In this document: positions 8,178-16,201 of the stretch, in pieces | Layout: every line of letters starts with the position of its first letter | Position numbering within the stretch: the first letter of the stretch is position 1 | Origin: a virus | Lineage: Duplodnaviria > Caudoviricetes | Virus record (IMG/VR): IMGVR_UViG_3300034025_000045 | Span: 1 to 27,992 of that record | Strand: one strand, 5' to 3' | DNA: 27,992 bases | The notes under the pieces: model-generated | Seen by the model: the letters and a program-made list of their open reading frames with translations, nothing else | Databases searched by the model: none | What the model was told of the DNA's origin: nothing | Position numbers and translations under genes: made by a program

Positions 8178-9376
8178 GCGCCTTCTCCTTCGTCTGCATT
8201 CCCCTTGGTAGGGATAGGGGTGGCGAGAGATTCGGAGCTTTCGGGTTGTGTGTTCCGCCCTTCGCGGAACCCGCTGGCTAACGCGGCGCGCAGTTCGGCT
8301 ATCTCTGCTTTCATCGCCTTGACCATAAGTTTTACTGCGGGTTCGTCACTTTCCCAGTCGCAGCGTTGTTGCCAGCTTTGAATGTCCATTTCTGATCCTT
8401 TCATGGCTGCGTCGATTATTGCGTCAGCATCTTCGCGGAACTGGTCTTGGAATGCCGTGTATTCAAGGTCGGCCAGATCGTCGCGGGCACGGAAAGCGCA
8501 CCAGCGTGCGGCGTCGCGGATTTCATCGGACATCAGGTTTATCGCCTCCTGCATGCCTTCGGAGTAGCCTTCACGACTGGCGGCAAGCCAAACCTGCAAC
8601 GGCTCAGGGTTGACGATGGGCTTGATACTCGCCATGTACTTCTGGAACGCTTCGACCTCGCTCTGATTCATGTCGTCGTTCGCCTCAATATCATCAGATG
8701 GAGCGGCGCGCCATCCGGCGAAAGCTGCTTGCGCATTACGAATGAGCGCATAGCCGTGCGAGCCATCATCCTGCGCGTTGACCAGCATGCCGATGTTTGC
8801 AAGCTGGCTATCCTCATTCTTGTGCAAGCGGCTTGGAATGGCGTCGCATATTTCCATCGCCAGGTTTAAGGCATTGCCAACCTTCTCGGCTGTCGTGATC
8901 CATGCACTGTGCAGGCTATCGGTGCCGCGCGTGGGCGGCATGACGTGCAAATCCTGCTGCTCGGAACTCGCTACTCCAGATGGATCGGCGGGATGGGTGG
9001 CGCGCCACTCGGCAATTTCCTGGCCCATGCTGCGCTTAATAGCCTCATCTCGGTCGGCGCGGAACTGAATCGCATCCTGATTAACGCGAGATTCCCAGCG
9101 GGTCGGCGCTTCTATTCCAGCAGGAGTAGCGCGGCGGTTCCAGGCGGCGCGCGCCTTCACGTCGCCATAGTCGATCTCGCCTTGCTCAAGAGCCCCGCCA
9201 GGCCCGGCAGCGCCGCAGTCCATGCACATAGATTGCACGATAGTTTCGCCAGCAATGTCGGTCGTGGAGACCTCACCGTCGCTTATTTTGCGGCTGTTGC
9301 AGAATGGGCACGACAGCGTTTCTTCGTTGTCGAGGTCGAGTGCGCTACTCTGTGCGCTAGGGGTAGAGTGGGTCAT
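8174..9376 (-). CDS. Mosaic early protein with an N-terminal Lar-family (restriction alleviation) Zn domain
   Basis: LSCPFCNS...CMDCGAAGP...AAWNRRA Lar-like signature. Later DAARW...IIDAAM Ead/Ea22-like module. Confidence 0.7.
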   Translation of the reverse strand: MTHSTPSAQSSALDLDNEETLSCPFCNSRKISDGEVSTTDIAGETIVQSMCMDCGAAGPGGALEQGEIDYGDVKARAAWNRRATPAGIEAPTRWESRVNQDAIQFRADRDEAIKRSMGQEIAEWRATHPADPSGVASSEQQDLHVMPPTRGTDSLHSAWITTAEKVGNALNLAMEICDAIPSRLHKNEDSQLANIGMLVNAQDDGSHGYALIRNAQAAFAGWRAAPSDDIEANDDMNQSEVEAFQKYMASIKPIVNPEPLQVWLAASREGYSEGMQEAINLMSDEIRDAARWCAFRARDDLADLEYTAFQDQFREDADAIIDAAMKGSEMDIQSWQQRCDWESDEPAVKLMVKAMKAEIAELRAALASGFREGRNTQPESSESLATPIPTKGNADEGEGA

Positions 9377-9379
9377 GGG

Positions 9380-9676
9380 TCAGTCCTCGTTATTTTCGTC
9401 GTTAGCCGGATCGGTGCAGAAGCCGCACGGCGGCGAACACGTCGGAGCGCTGCAATAGCATTCGGTTGGCTTCCAATCGTCGGGCGGCTCGATATGCTTG
9501 CGGCCGTCGCGCAGGGCGTCGGAGAGGCGGCGGTACGCTGCGAGTCCGTCATCCAGCTCGCGCTCGCGGCTGCGCACCAAATCGCGCCCGTCTGCGTTAT
9601 GTACCCATGTGGCCAGCGCCTGATTGCTTGCCTTCCCAGCCATAAGCGCGATGTAGAGTGTGTTCAGGTCGCTCAT
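9380..9676 (-). CDS. Hypothetical protein with C-terminal CxC...PPCxxC motif
   Basis: AAGGAG RBS, ATGA overlap, CYCSAPTCSPPCGFC. Confidence 0.65.
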   Translation of the reverse strand: MSDLNTLYIALMAGKASNQALATWVHNADGRDLVRSRERELDDGLAAYRRLSDALRDGRKHIEPPDDWKPTECYCSAPTCSPPCGFCTDPANDENNED

Positions 9677-10644
9677 TTCGCTGCCGCTCCTTTCAGGGCG
9701 CGAATAGCAGCGTCGATTTCGGCATCAAGTTCTTCGCCAGCGCGGTATTCCCACATTCCTGGCGCGAACTCTTTGTCGATGACGTTTGCAATATCCGTTG
9801 CGGAGCCGCGCAGGTATCGGTAGCGCGCGGCGTCCAGCGCTTCGGCATCGCGGTCAGTCTGGTTAGCTGCGACAGGAGTAGCGCACTCGATGGCTTCCAG
9901 CGCTTCGGCCCATGGGCAGTTCGTATTGCTGTGCTCGCCGATGTAGGCGCCGAAGTGCTTGCTGATGGCCTCGGCCAGCTTGTCCGCCCAGTCGTGGTAG
10001 GTGTCGCGGTCGCGGATCGTCTCGTCCCACAGATGATCGTCGGTCGGGCGCGCAGCGGCGACGTACTCAAAGATTGCGTCAAGCGCGATGTCAATGTGGC
10101 TGCGCTCGCCAGTCTTGAACACAAGAGGCGCGGTGCGATACGCCTCGGCCAGTTCGCGCAGCTTTTCGCTGTCGGCTTTTGGCTGCTCATCTGTTTCGCG
10201 CGGTGCCTGGTTGACCGTATCGACTGGCGCGGCCTGCAATTTGCTGGCGGCGACGAGCATGTTGAATACGTCCGAGTGCCGCACCAGCGCGCCCGGCTCT
10301 TGGCATCCATCGGGGAACAGCATCGGCAAAGCCGAGAACTCATCCATCAACTTGCCGATAAGTGGCTGGGCCTGCTGTACTGGCGCTGCTGCCAGCGCGT
10401 CGTCAAAGCTCAGCGCTTCGGTCGGGCGGTCGCCGTGGCGCAGGCGGCGCTGCGGGTGGCTCGGCTCGGCGGCCGGCAGCACCTTCATGATCGTCTCCAG
10501 CGTGCCGGCCACCGCGTACTGCTGCGGCGTGGTGTTCGGGATCGCTGCCAGCGCGCCTGCGGTCATCGTGAACTCCAGCAGCTCGGCGCCGGCGGCGGCA
10601 AAATGATTCGCCAGGTCGGTGCGCATCGTCATAATCTCGTTCAT
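9673..10644 (-). CDS. Ead/Ea22-like mosaic early protein
   Basis: GGAG RBS. DAARYRYLR...ELDAEIDAAI module and a YIGEHSNTNCPW motif. Confidence 0.7.
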   Translation of the reverse strand: MNEIMTMRTDLANHFAAAGAELLEFTMTAGALAAIPNTTPQQYAVAGTLETIMKVLPAAEPSHPQRRLRHGDRPTEALSFDDALAAAPVQQAQPLIGKLMDEFSALPMLFPDGCQEPGALVRHSDVFNMLVAASKLQAAPVDTVNQAPRETDEQPKADSEKLRELAEAYRTAPLVFKTGERSHIDIALDAIFEYVAAARPTDDHLWDETIRDRDTYHDWADKLAEAISKHFGAYIGEHSNTNCPWAEALEAIECATPVAANQTDRDAEALDAARYRYLRGSATDIANVIDKEFAPGMWEYRAGEELDAEIDAAIRALKGAAAK

Positions 10645-10665
10645 GGTCTCTCCCCTTCTTTTGAT

Positions 10666-11010
10666 TTACAGAGTCTTCGCTTCGATCCGGCGGGTGCTTT
10701 CCAGCGTGCGCCACACTTCAATCTTTGCTTGGGCGGCGACGATCATCCACCTCAAGCGCTCTTCGATTTCCACGGCCTCACGCAGGCCGTTCAGCAGCTC
10801 GATATAGTCCTCGTCGGCGTAGGCTTCGCGCTCCTGGGCCGCCGACGCTTTGTGGCCCTCAAGCTCTGCTTTGCGCATGCCGAGCGCCTTCTTCGTCTTG
10901 CGGTACTGCTCCAGGTAGACGCGATCGGCTTTCGCCTTTGCGTAGATCGGCGCGTTGTCGCGGATGAAGTCGAGCGACTTGAAGATGTTGATTTCTGCAT
11001 CAGGCGTCAT
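10666..11010 (-). CDS. Coiled-coil protein in the recombination module (possibly UvsY-like mediator)
   Basis: Start MTPDAE at an ATGA overlap. All-helical, AQEREAYA motif, downstream of Gp157 and Sak4. The UvsY resemblance is an inference. Confidence 0.6.
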   Translation of the reverse strand: MTPDAEINIFKSLDFIRDNAPIYAKAKADRVYLEQYRKTKKALGMRKAELEGHKASAAQEREAYADEDYIELLNGLREAVEIEERLRWMIVAAQAKIEVWRTLESTRRIEAKTL

Positions 11011-11516
11011 TTGATTTCCAGCCTCGTCCCCTGAGCCAGCAGCGCGCCCGGCACTTCCCTGCCCGCCTTGAGCGCTTCCTTGATCGCGGCCTTGTCTGGA
11101 ACCGGCACCGGGGGCGGCGGCTCCGGCGTACGCATGAACTCGGCCGGGATTTGGCGCTCGTCCCACACTTCAACGCCCGGCGGGTTCTTCTTGACCGTCA
11201 GCGCGAAGTGCGGAGTCTCGAGCTTTTGCACGCCGGCGATCTCCATGCCGGTCTTGAGATACTCGACCAGAGCGGCGGCGCGCTTCTCGATCGCTTTCCG
11301 GCGGTCGGCCATCTGCTTCTCGGCTTCTTTGATCGCGGCCGCGGTCGCTTCCATGTTGCGGATCACGAAACCGTAGTTTTGCGCCTTCAGCTCAAGCGAC
11401 CAGCGTTCGCCTTCCAGCGTGTCGGTCAGGGTCTGCTCGTCAACGCCGATGTCCATCAGAACATCGGTCACGTGGCGATAGTCGGCGGCGATCTGGAAAA
11501 GGGTCAATGCAGTCAT
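11007..11516 (-). CDS. Siphovirus Gp157-family protein
   Basis: LTLFQIAADY...DTLEG...KKNPPGV...IPAEF...PDKAAIKEALKAG.EVPGA.L....RLEIK signature. Confidence 0.9.
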   Translation of the reverse strand: MTALTLFQIAADYRHVTDVLMDIGVDEQTLTDTLEGERWSLELKAQNYGFVIRNMEATAAAIKEAEKQMADRRKAIEKRAAALVEYLKTGMEIAGVQKLETPHFALTVKKNPPGVEVWDERQIPAEFMRTPEPPPPVPVPDKAAIKEALKAGREVPGALLAQGTRLEIK

Positions 11517-12403
11517 GCTGGTGCTCCTTCGGCGGGTTGAATGGCTTTCGAGTGGATCCAGGCGGTGACGCCTTCGAGTCGGTGCTGTTCGATGTCGGCC
11601 AGGCGCTCGACCTTCGCCGCCTTGAGGATGCGCGCCACTTCGACGCCGCACTCGTCAGCAAGGGCCTCGACGTCGGCAATCTGCGCTTCGGTCAGCATTT
11701 CGACCTTCGGCGGCTCGGCGCCGGTCTCCAGCCACTGTTTCAGGCGCTCGCCGGTTTCGGTGGTGATGGGCGCCGGGGTCTCGCCGGTGAACAAGCCGGT
11801 GCGGTCCTTCGTCGCCGCAGCGAAGTTACCGTCGTGGATCAGGTCCAGCACCACGGTCATTTCGTACTCGAAGCCGTCGCGCTGCTCGGCTTTCATGCCC
11901 AGCTTGACGACCTTCTTGCGGCCGTTTTCCTCGGTCTGCGCGGTCTCGGTCTTGCTGCGCAGGGTGACGATCACGTGCATCGAGCTGTGCAGGATCGCGT
12001 CGAGCAGCGCGCGGTGGCGCGGCGTCACATCGTTCCAGGCGCTCCAGCTGTTGCCCTTGTATTTCGAGCGTGCGATCTGGTCGACCAGCTCCAGGCAGCC
12101 GCCGACACCACTCCACTCGTGCGTGATGCTGTCGATGATCAGCGTTTCGTATCCCGCAGCCTCAGCAGCCTTGATCGCCTCGATGTAGCGCTCTGGCGTG
12201 AATGGCGCCGACAGGTTCAGGGCGTCGAAGTCGGCCAGGTGCGAGTACAAGGAAGCACTGTCACGCTCCGTATCGATCACCGCGATCTTGCCGCCCAGGC
12301 CCAGGGCCAGGAGCAGCGCGCCCCAGGTCTTGCCCGAGCCGCTCGGCCCCGTCAGTGCGAGCCGTAGCCGTGCCTTCTGACGCGTAGCTTTCGTAAATTT
12401 CAT
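11513..12403 (-). CDS. Sak4-like (AAA_24) single-strand annealing ATPase
   Basis: Walker A GPSGSGKT, IDTE, Walker B LIIDSITHEW and FEYEM motifs. Adjacent to Gp157. Confidence 0.85.
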   Translation of the reverse strand: MKFTKATRQKARLRLALTGPSGSGKTWGALLLALGLGGKIAVIDTERDSASLYSHLADFDALNLSAPFTPERYIEAIKAAEAAGYETLIIDSITHEWSGVGGCLELVDQIARSKYKGNSWSAWNDVTPRHRALLDAILHSSMHVIVTLRSKTETAQTEENGRKKVVKLGMKAEQRDGFEYEMTVVLDLIHDGNFAAATKDRTGLFTGETPAPITTETGERLKQWLETGAEPPKVEMLTEAQIADVEALADECGVEVARILKAAKVERLADIEQHRLEGVTAWIHSKAIQPAEGAPA

Positions 12404-12422
12404 TTCGTTCTCCTATTCGCCG

Positions 12423-12608
12423 TCAAAACGGCAGGTTGTGGTCTTTGATGTACTGCTCTTGCTCGGCCTGCTGCTGTTCGGTCAGGATCGGCGCCCAGGT
12501 CGGTCCCATCGGGCGCGGTGGCCGCGGTGGGAAACCGGCGGCATAGCGGCGCTGGCGTGCTTCATGGGCCAGCAGGGTTTCGTGGGCTTTCTGCTCGAAT
12601 CGGTTCAT
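12423..12608 (-). CDS. Small hypothetical protein ending in ...DHNLPF
   Basis: 61-aa ORF in the operon directly upstream of the recombinase. Confidence 0.6.
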   Translation of the reverse strand: MNRFEQKAHETLLAHEARQRRYAAGFPPRPPRPMGPTWAPILTEQQQAEQEQYIKDHNLPF

Positions 12609-12714
12609 GGTCAGAATCCATAGCGATAGGTGCGAACTGCGCGGGCGATTGCCTTGCGGCGGCCGAAGCCGGCGCGGCAGGCGTGGCGGTATTGGTGGAC
12701 GACGAAGCGCAGCA

Positions 12715-12930
12715 TCACCAGCCCTCCACCGCGCGGCGGTCCTGCATCAGCCGGACCTGGTGCAGGTGCATGGCGCCCTCCGCCTCGGCCAGGTCGGCGC
12801 GCAGGATTTGCAGGCGCGTCAGCTCGAGTTCCGATTGCTCGAGGCGGATCGTGGTCAGCAGCAAGGCCAACGGCTTGGCCAGGCGGCGGAACATGCGGCG
12901 CGGGACGCGGATGAAGGTGGCGGCGATCAT
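12715..12930 (-). CDS. Small hypothetical coiled-coil protein
   Basis: ATGA overlap with the upstream gene. Confidence 0.55.
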   Translation of the reverse strand: MIAATFIRVPRRMFRRLAKPLALLLTTIRLEQSELELTRLQILRADLAEAEGAMHLHQVRLMQDRRAVEGW

Positions 12931-13496
12931 TTCGTGTTCACCGTGACTTTCAAACTGGCCGCAATCTCGTTCAACTTGTGGCGCGCGGTTTCGTGGATGC
13001 CTTTGGCGATCTCACCGGTCGCGACAGCCAGCGATTCCTTCATTGCGGTTTCAATCGAGTAGTGCAGGTGCTGGTGGATCAGGTAGGTGATGCGCGTCTG
13101 CTTGCCGGAGAATCCGTAGCCGTCTTCGGCACGCGTCTTGCCACTAGAGTTCACCTCTTCCTGCATGTATGCCTGCGCGCGCTGGACCAGGTATTCGACA
13201 AACGAAACAGCCTTGCCCTTCTTCTCACCCCACTGGTTGGTTTCCTGCAAGGTCAGCGTTTCAATGTATTGGCTGACGTTCGGCAGAATGTGCTTCTCGG
13301 CCATGGCGTTGATCGTGTCGTCGATACGCGCCTGGACCCGCTTGTCGAGTTCCTGCTTGAAGCGGGAATCCCGGAAGGTCTCGTCGCCTTCTTCGTCGGC
13401 ATACCGGCCGTACATGACACTTTCGACGATCTGATCAATCACGCGGTTCTGTAGTTCTTCTTTTGTAAATCCCAGCGCTGCCAAGTCGATATTCAT
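12927..13496 (-). CDS. Hypothetical phage protein (helical)
   Basis: AGGAG RBS, 189-aa ORF, typical codon usage. Confidence 0.75.
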   Translation of the reverse strand: MNIDLAALGFTKEELQNRVIDQIVESVMYGRYADEEGDETFRDSRFKQELDKRVQARIDDTINAMAEKHILPNVSQYIETLTLQETNQWGEKKGKAVSFVEYLVQRAQAYMQEEVNSSGKTRAEDGYGFSGKQTRITYLIHQHLHYSIETAMKESLAVATGEIAKGIHETARHKLNEIAASLKVTVNTK

Positions 13497-13635
13497 CCCT
13501 GCTCTCCTGTTCGTTATTGGGTGCCGTCTGTTCCGGCTGCCAGGGCATTCGAGTTCCCGCTCCCTCTATTTCCTGACCCGAGATTCAGGGCAATCCGCGC
13601 GTTGTGCTCCCAGGCGCGGCGCTTGGGTAAATCGG

Positions 13636-13824
13636 TCAACCGGTCGGCACCGCTTCCCAGCTCTGCACCGGGCCGACGTAGACTTCGAAGGGGTTGCCCA
13701 TGTGAGCGTCCACCAGGGCCAGCTCGAAAGCCCGCTTCGGCGTCGCAGCGATGGCTGCTGCCTGAAATACCCCGTTCGGGAAAGTGATGCTCACGTTGAA
13801 GCGCTGGCTATTGGTCTGGCTCAT
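13636..13824 (-). CDS. Small hypothetical early protein
   Basis: GGA RBS, second gene after PL. Confidence 0.55.
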   Translation of the reverse strand: MSQTNSQRFNVSITFPNGVFQAAAIAATPKRAFELALVDAHMGNPFEVYVGPVQSWEAVPTG

Positions 13825-13837
13825 GGGGATCGTCCAG

Positions 13838-14032
13838 TCAGAACTTCGACAGGAATGCTTTCCAGATCAGCGGCGCGAACAGCGTCAGCACGTAGGCATA
13901 GATCAGCACCATCTGCTTGGTCGCGCCGAGCGCGCCAAACTCAGCCAGGTAAAGCTCGCCCAGCACACCGCCGCCCAGCAACAGCAGCGGGCACCAGGCG
14001 GCAAAGAGGAAGAGTGCAAAGCGGTTCGACAT
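13838..14032 (-). CDS. Small membrane protein with two TM segments, first gene of the PL operon
   Basis: GGAG RBS before the ATG at 14032 (MSNRFALFLF...). Two hydrophobic stretches. Confidence 0.6.
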   Translation of the reverse strand: MSNRFALFLFAAWCPLLLLGGGVLGELYLAEFGALGATKQMVLIYAYVLTLFAPLIWKAFLSKF

Positions 14033-14084
14033 CGGTGTTCTCCAGTTCGGCGGCTCGCGGTGCTGAGCTCGTTTCGTTGGAATG

Positions 14085-14126
14085 ATTATCACGTATGTGT
14101 TTATGAATGTCAAACACATTTGTGAT
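14085..14126 (-). promoter_or_regulatory. PL promoter with operators OL1 and OL2
   Basis: Minus strand TTGACA (14108-14113), 17 bp, GATAAT (14085-14090). Operators ATCACGTATGTGTT (14088-14101) and AACACATTTGTGAT (14113-14126). Confidence 0.85.
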
Positions 14127-14209
14127 TGAACTGGAAAAATTTTTTGGCCTTCATCACGCTTGGCCGGCGCGAGGTAGCTCCCGGTTGGCGGGGCGTGGAG
14201 GATGGGCGT

Positions 14210-14233
14210 AAAAAAGCCCGCTCAGGGCGGGCT
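14210..14233 (-). terminator. Rho-independent terminator ending the cI operon
   Basis: Minus strand AGCCCGC-CCTGA-GCGGGCT hairpin followed by a T-run. Confidence 0.8.
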
Positions 14234-14309
14234 AGTCGGTGTTCTTGATTAATTGCTTTACTTCGCCGGCTGTGGAGCTGTCGCGGCTGACGCCTGGGGC
14301 GCGGTCATA

Positions 14310-14633
14310 CTATTTTGAAACGTGCGCGACGATGAAGTAAGTCGCGGTAACAAGCACGGTGCCGAAGCCACATACGAACGTCACAAGCTTCCAGGTTTGC
14401 ACGCTCATCTCTTTGTGCAGGTCTTCCTTCGTAGCATAGTTCGACCGCACGACGGCCATGTCACGCTCGATGTTGACGATGCGCTCGACAGTCTTTTCTA
14501 CCAAGCCCTCTAGCTTTTTGAATCGCTCTTCCATACGAGGATCATCCGGCGGCCCGCCTCCGCTGTCAAGTGGGCCATGCACACGGCGCCGCCGTTGACC
14601 GAGCTGGTCAGAAATGTTGTAGAGATCAGCCAT
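14310..14633 (-). CDS. Accessory coiled-coil protein with C-terminal TM anchor
   Basis: GGGPPDD-MEERFKKLE coiled coil, YATKEDL neck motif (DUF1640/CCDC90-like) and a terminal TM helix. Confidence 0.7.
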   Translation of the reverse strand: MADLYNISDQLGQRRRRVHGPLDSGGGPPDDPRMEERFKKLEGLVEKTVERIVNIERDMAVVRSNYATKEDLHKEMSVQTWKLVTFVCGFGTVLVTATYFIVAHVSK

Positions 14634-14874
14634 CTTTAAGCCACTCCTGGTCGATCAAGTTGAGGATCGTCTTCAGCGACTCGATCGACTCATCACATAA
14701 CTTGTCCACCTCATCCCTAGTTTCAAGAAGCGGCATAGCCCCGCCAATTACTTTCACGGCCTCGCCAATGTTTGCGACGCTTCGCGCCAACTCGATTATT
14801 ATCTCGCGCTCAACCACTGTTGTCATATTCTTCCCGCTCCCCGCGCCACCATGGGCGGGGATTATTTTTACCAA
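14626..14874 (-). CDS. Small helical accessory protein (alternative ATG at 14826)
   Basis: Overlaps both neighbours. Acidic helical hairpin. Confidence 0.6.
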   Translation of the reverse strand: MVKIIPAHGGAGSGKNMTTVVEREIIIELARSVANIGEAVKVIGGAMPLLETRDEVDKLCDESIESLKTILNLIDQEWLKDG

Positions 14875-15209
14875 ATTCCGCTTATGCGAAACAGGATGCT
14901 GACTAGAAGAGCAATAATTACAAGGGAATATTTTTGATTGCGATCCAGTCGCTTCAATATCACAACTTGCAAAATAAGTGCCGCAGATGCATCTTCCTTT
15001 GTATATCTAATCGCTTTATGCACCTGAAATTCACTTAAATTAGCATGACCGAAATCATCAAACGTCAAGTCTAGCCCAGCTTCTTCGCACGTCTGTCTTG
15101 CAGTTCTTACGGCAAGCACAAAATCGGACTCTGCCTTACCTCGCTTGGCAAGCTGTTCAAGCTGGCGGTCATTGGCCTCTGCAGCGTCGATGTCGTCCTG
15201 TGGTCGCAT
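14868..15209 (-). CDS. Accessory protein with C-terminal TM helix, coupled to cI
   Basis: ATG overlaps the cI stop (TAATG). AT-rich. Ends in YSLVIIALLVSILF. Confidence 0.7.
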   Translation of the reverse strand: MRPQDDIDAAEANDRQLEQLAKRGKAESDFVLAVRTARQTCEEAGLDLTFDDFGHANLSEFQVHKAIRYTKEDASAALILQVVILKRLDRNQKYSLVIIALLVSILFRISGIW

Positions 15210-15913
15210 TACAGCCCGCCCTTCCCGCTTTTATCCCGCACCCGACCAATAATTGAAATATATTCGTTCGCCACATTCGGCGGCACCTCTTCGTCTGGAT
15301 AGGCCGGATTTTTGCTGCGCAAAATCAGCGTGCCATCGAGTTTCCGGAATAAGAATTTAATGCGTAGATCGTTGTCATAACGAATTGCATAGAGCTTGCC
15401 GTCGACCACTTCTGTTTCATCTAGGTTGACTAGCACAACATCTCCGTCGTAAAGAATCGGTTCCTGGCTATCTCCGCTTACCGGAAAGCGTCGAATGTGC
15501 TCGGGCTTGAGCCCATTCTTTTGCAGCCAGCTGCGCCGGTATATAGCGGGTTCTCCATCCTCGACCAGCTCAAAGGTCGCAGTTTTGCCGTTCCCGGCCG
15601 AGAATTCGATCCGCGATTCAGGGACCTGCACAACATCATCAGGCAAAGGATCGTCTGCATGTAATGCTCGGATCGGCTGCCCGGACGTTGACGTGTCGTC
15701 GCCCGGCACCGCCGCCCCCTTGCCGCCGGCGAGCCATCCAGCATCGACCTTGAGTGCAGCTGCAATCTCCACAATTTTTCGCGCACTCTGGCGTGACCCT
15801 GACTCAAGGTTGCCAATAGTCCCTTGTGAAACGCCGGCCAACTTGGCCAGTCCTTCCTGTGTTAACGCCTGACGCTCACGCGCCCAGACCAATCTTTCTG
15901 CAAGTGTTCTCAT
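15209..15913 (-). CDS. cI: CI-like repressor (XRE HTH plus S24 autopeptidase)
   Basis: LTQEGLAKLAGVSQGTIGNLESG HTH. Ala-Gly cleavage site FSAGNG, catalytic Ser (GDSQEP) and Lys (RIKFL). True start most likely MRTLAERL at 15913. Confidence 0.92.
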   Translation of the reverse strand: MRTLAERLVWARERQALTQEGLAKLAGVSQGTIGNLESGSRQSARKIVEIAAALKVDAGWLAGGKGAAVPGDDTSTSGQPIRALHADDPLPDDVVQVPESRIEFSAGNGKTATFELVEDGEPAIYRRSWLQKNGLKPEHIRRFPVSGDSQEPILYDGDVVLVNLDETEVVDGKLYAIRYDNDLRIKFLFRKLDGTLILRSKNPAYPDEEVPPNVANEYISIIGRVRDKSGKGGL

Positions 15914-15977
15914 ATCACGAATGTAATACATATCACAATCACGTTGGTGTTGACGATGCAAACACAAACGTGATAAT
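15914..15977. promoter_or_regulatory. OR region: operators OR3/OR2/OR1 with PR and PRM
   Basis: ATCACGAATGTAAT (15914-27), ATCACGTTGGTGTT (15938-51), AACACAAACGTGAT (15961-74). PR is TTGACG (15950-55), 16 bp, GATAAT (15972-77). PRM -10 TACATT on the minus strand (15920-25). Confidence 0.85.
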
Positions 15978-15985
15978 GTGCATGT

Positions 15986-16201
15986 ATGGACTTCCAAAAA
16001 ATCACATCTGAACTTCTGGGGACTGGCCTGACCGAGCAGCAGCTTGCTGACTTGGTCCCTTGCAGCCAGCCAACGATCAACGCGTTCCGCCACGGTAAGC
16101 GCGGCGCTCGGCCATCAATGCTGATTGGAACTCGGCTGCTTGAGCTGCACAAGCAGCGGTGCGTCAAGCGCCGCACTGTGGCCGCGGCTCAAGCCCCCTA
16201 A
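15986..16201 (+). CDS. cro: Cro-like repressor
   Basis: 71 aa with HTH LTEQQLADLVPCSQPTINAFRHG, divergent from cI. Confidence 0.85.
   Translation: MDFQKITSELLGTGLTEQQLADLVPCSQPTINAFRHGKRGARPSMLIGTRLLELHKQRCVKRRTVAAAQAP

Noticed and set aside
9658-11034. Long opposite-strand or alternate-frame ORFs (e.g. 9658-11034 +, 449-1531 -, 3807-4823 +, 26026-27186 -, 27201-27938 -)
   Set aside because: Shadow ORFs typical of high-GC coding DNA. They overlap well-supported genes and show no motifs.
13540-13566. tRNA T-arm-like sequence (GCATTCGAGTTCCC)
   Set aside because: No GGTTCGA consensus, no cloverleaf and no CCA end.
15914-16093. N-terminal extension of cI in the 294-aa ORF call
   Set aside because: It overlaps the operators and cro. 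The HTH begins at MRTLAERL (15913).
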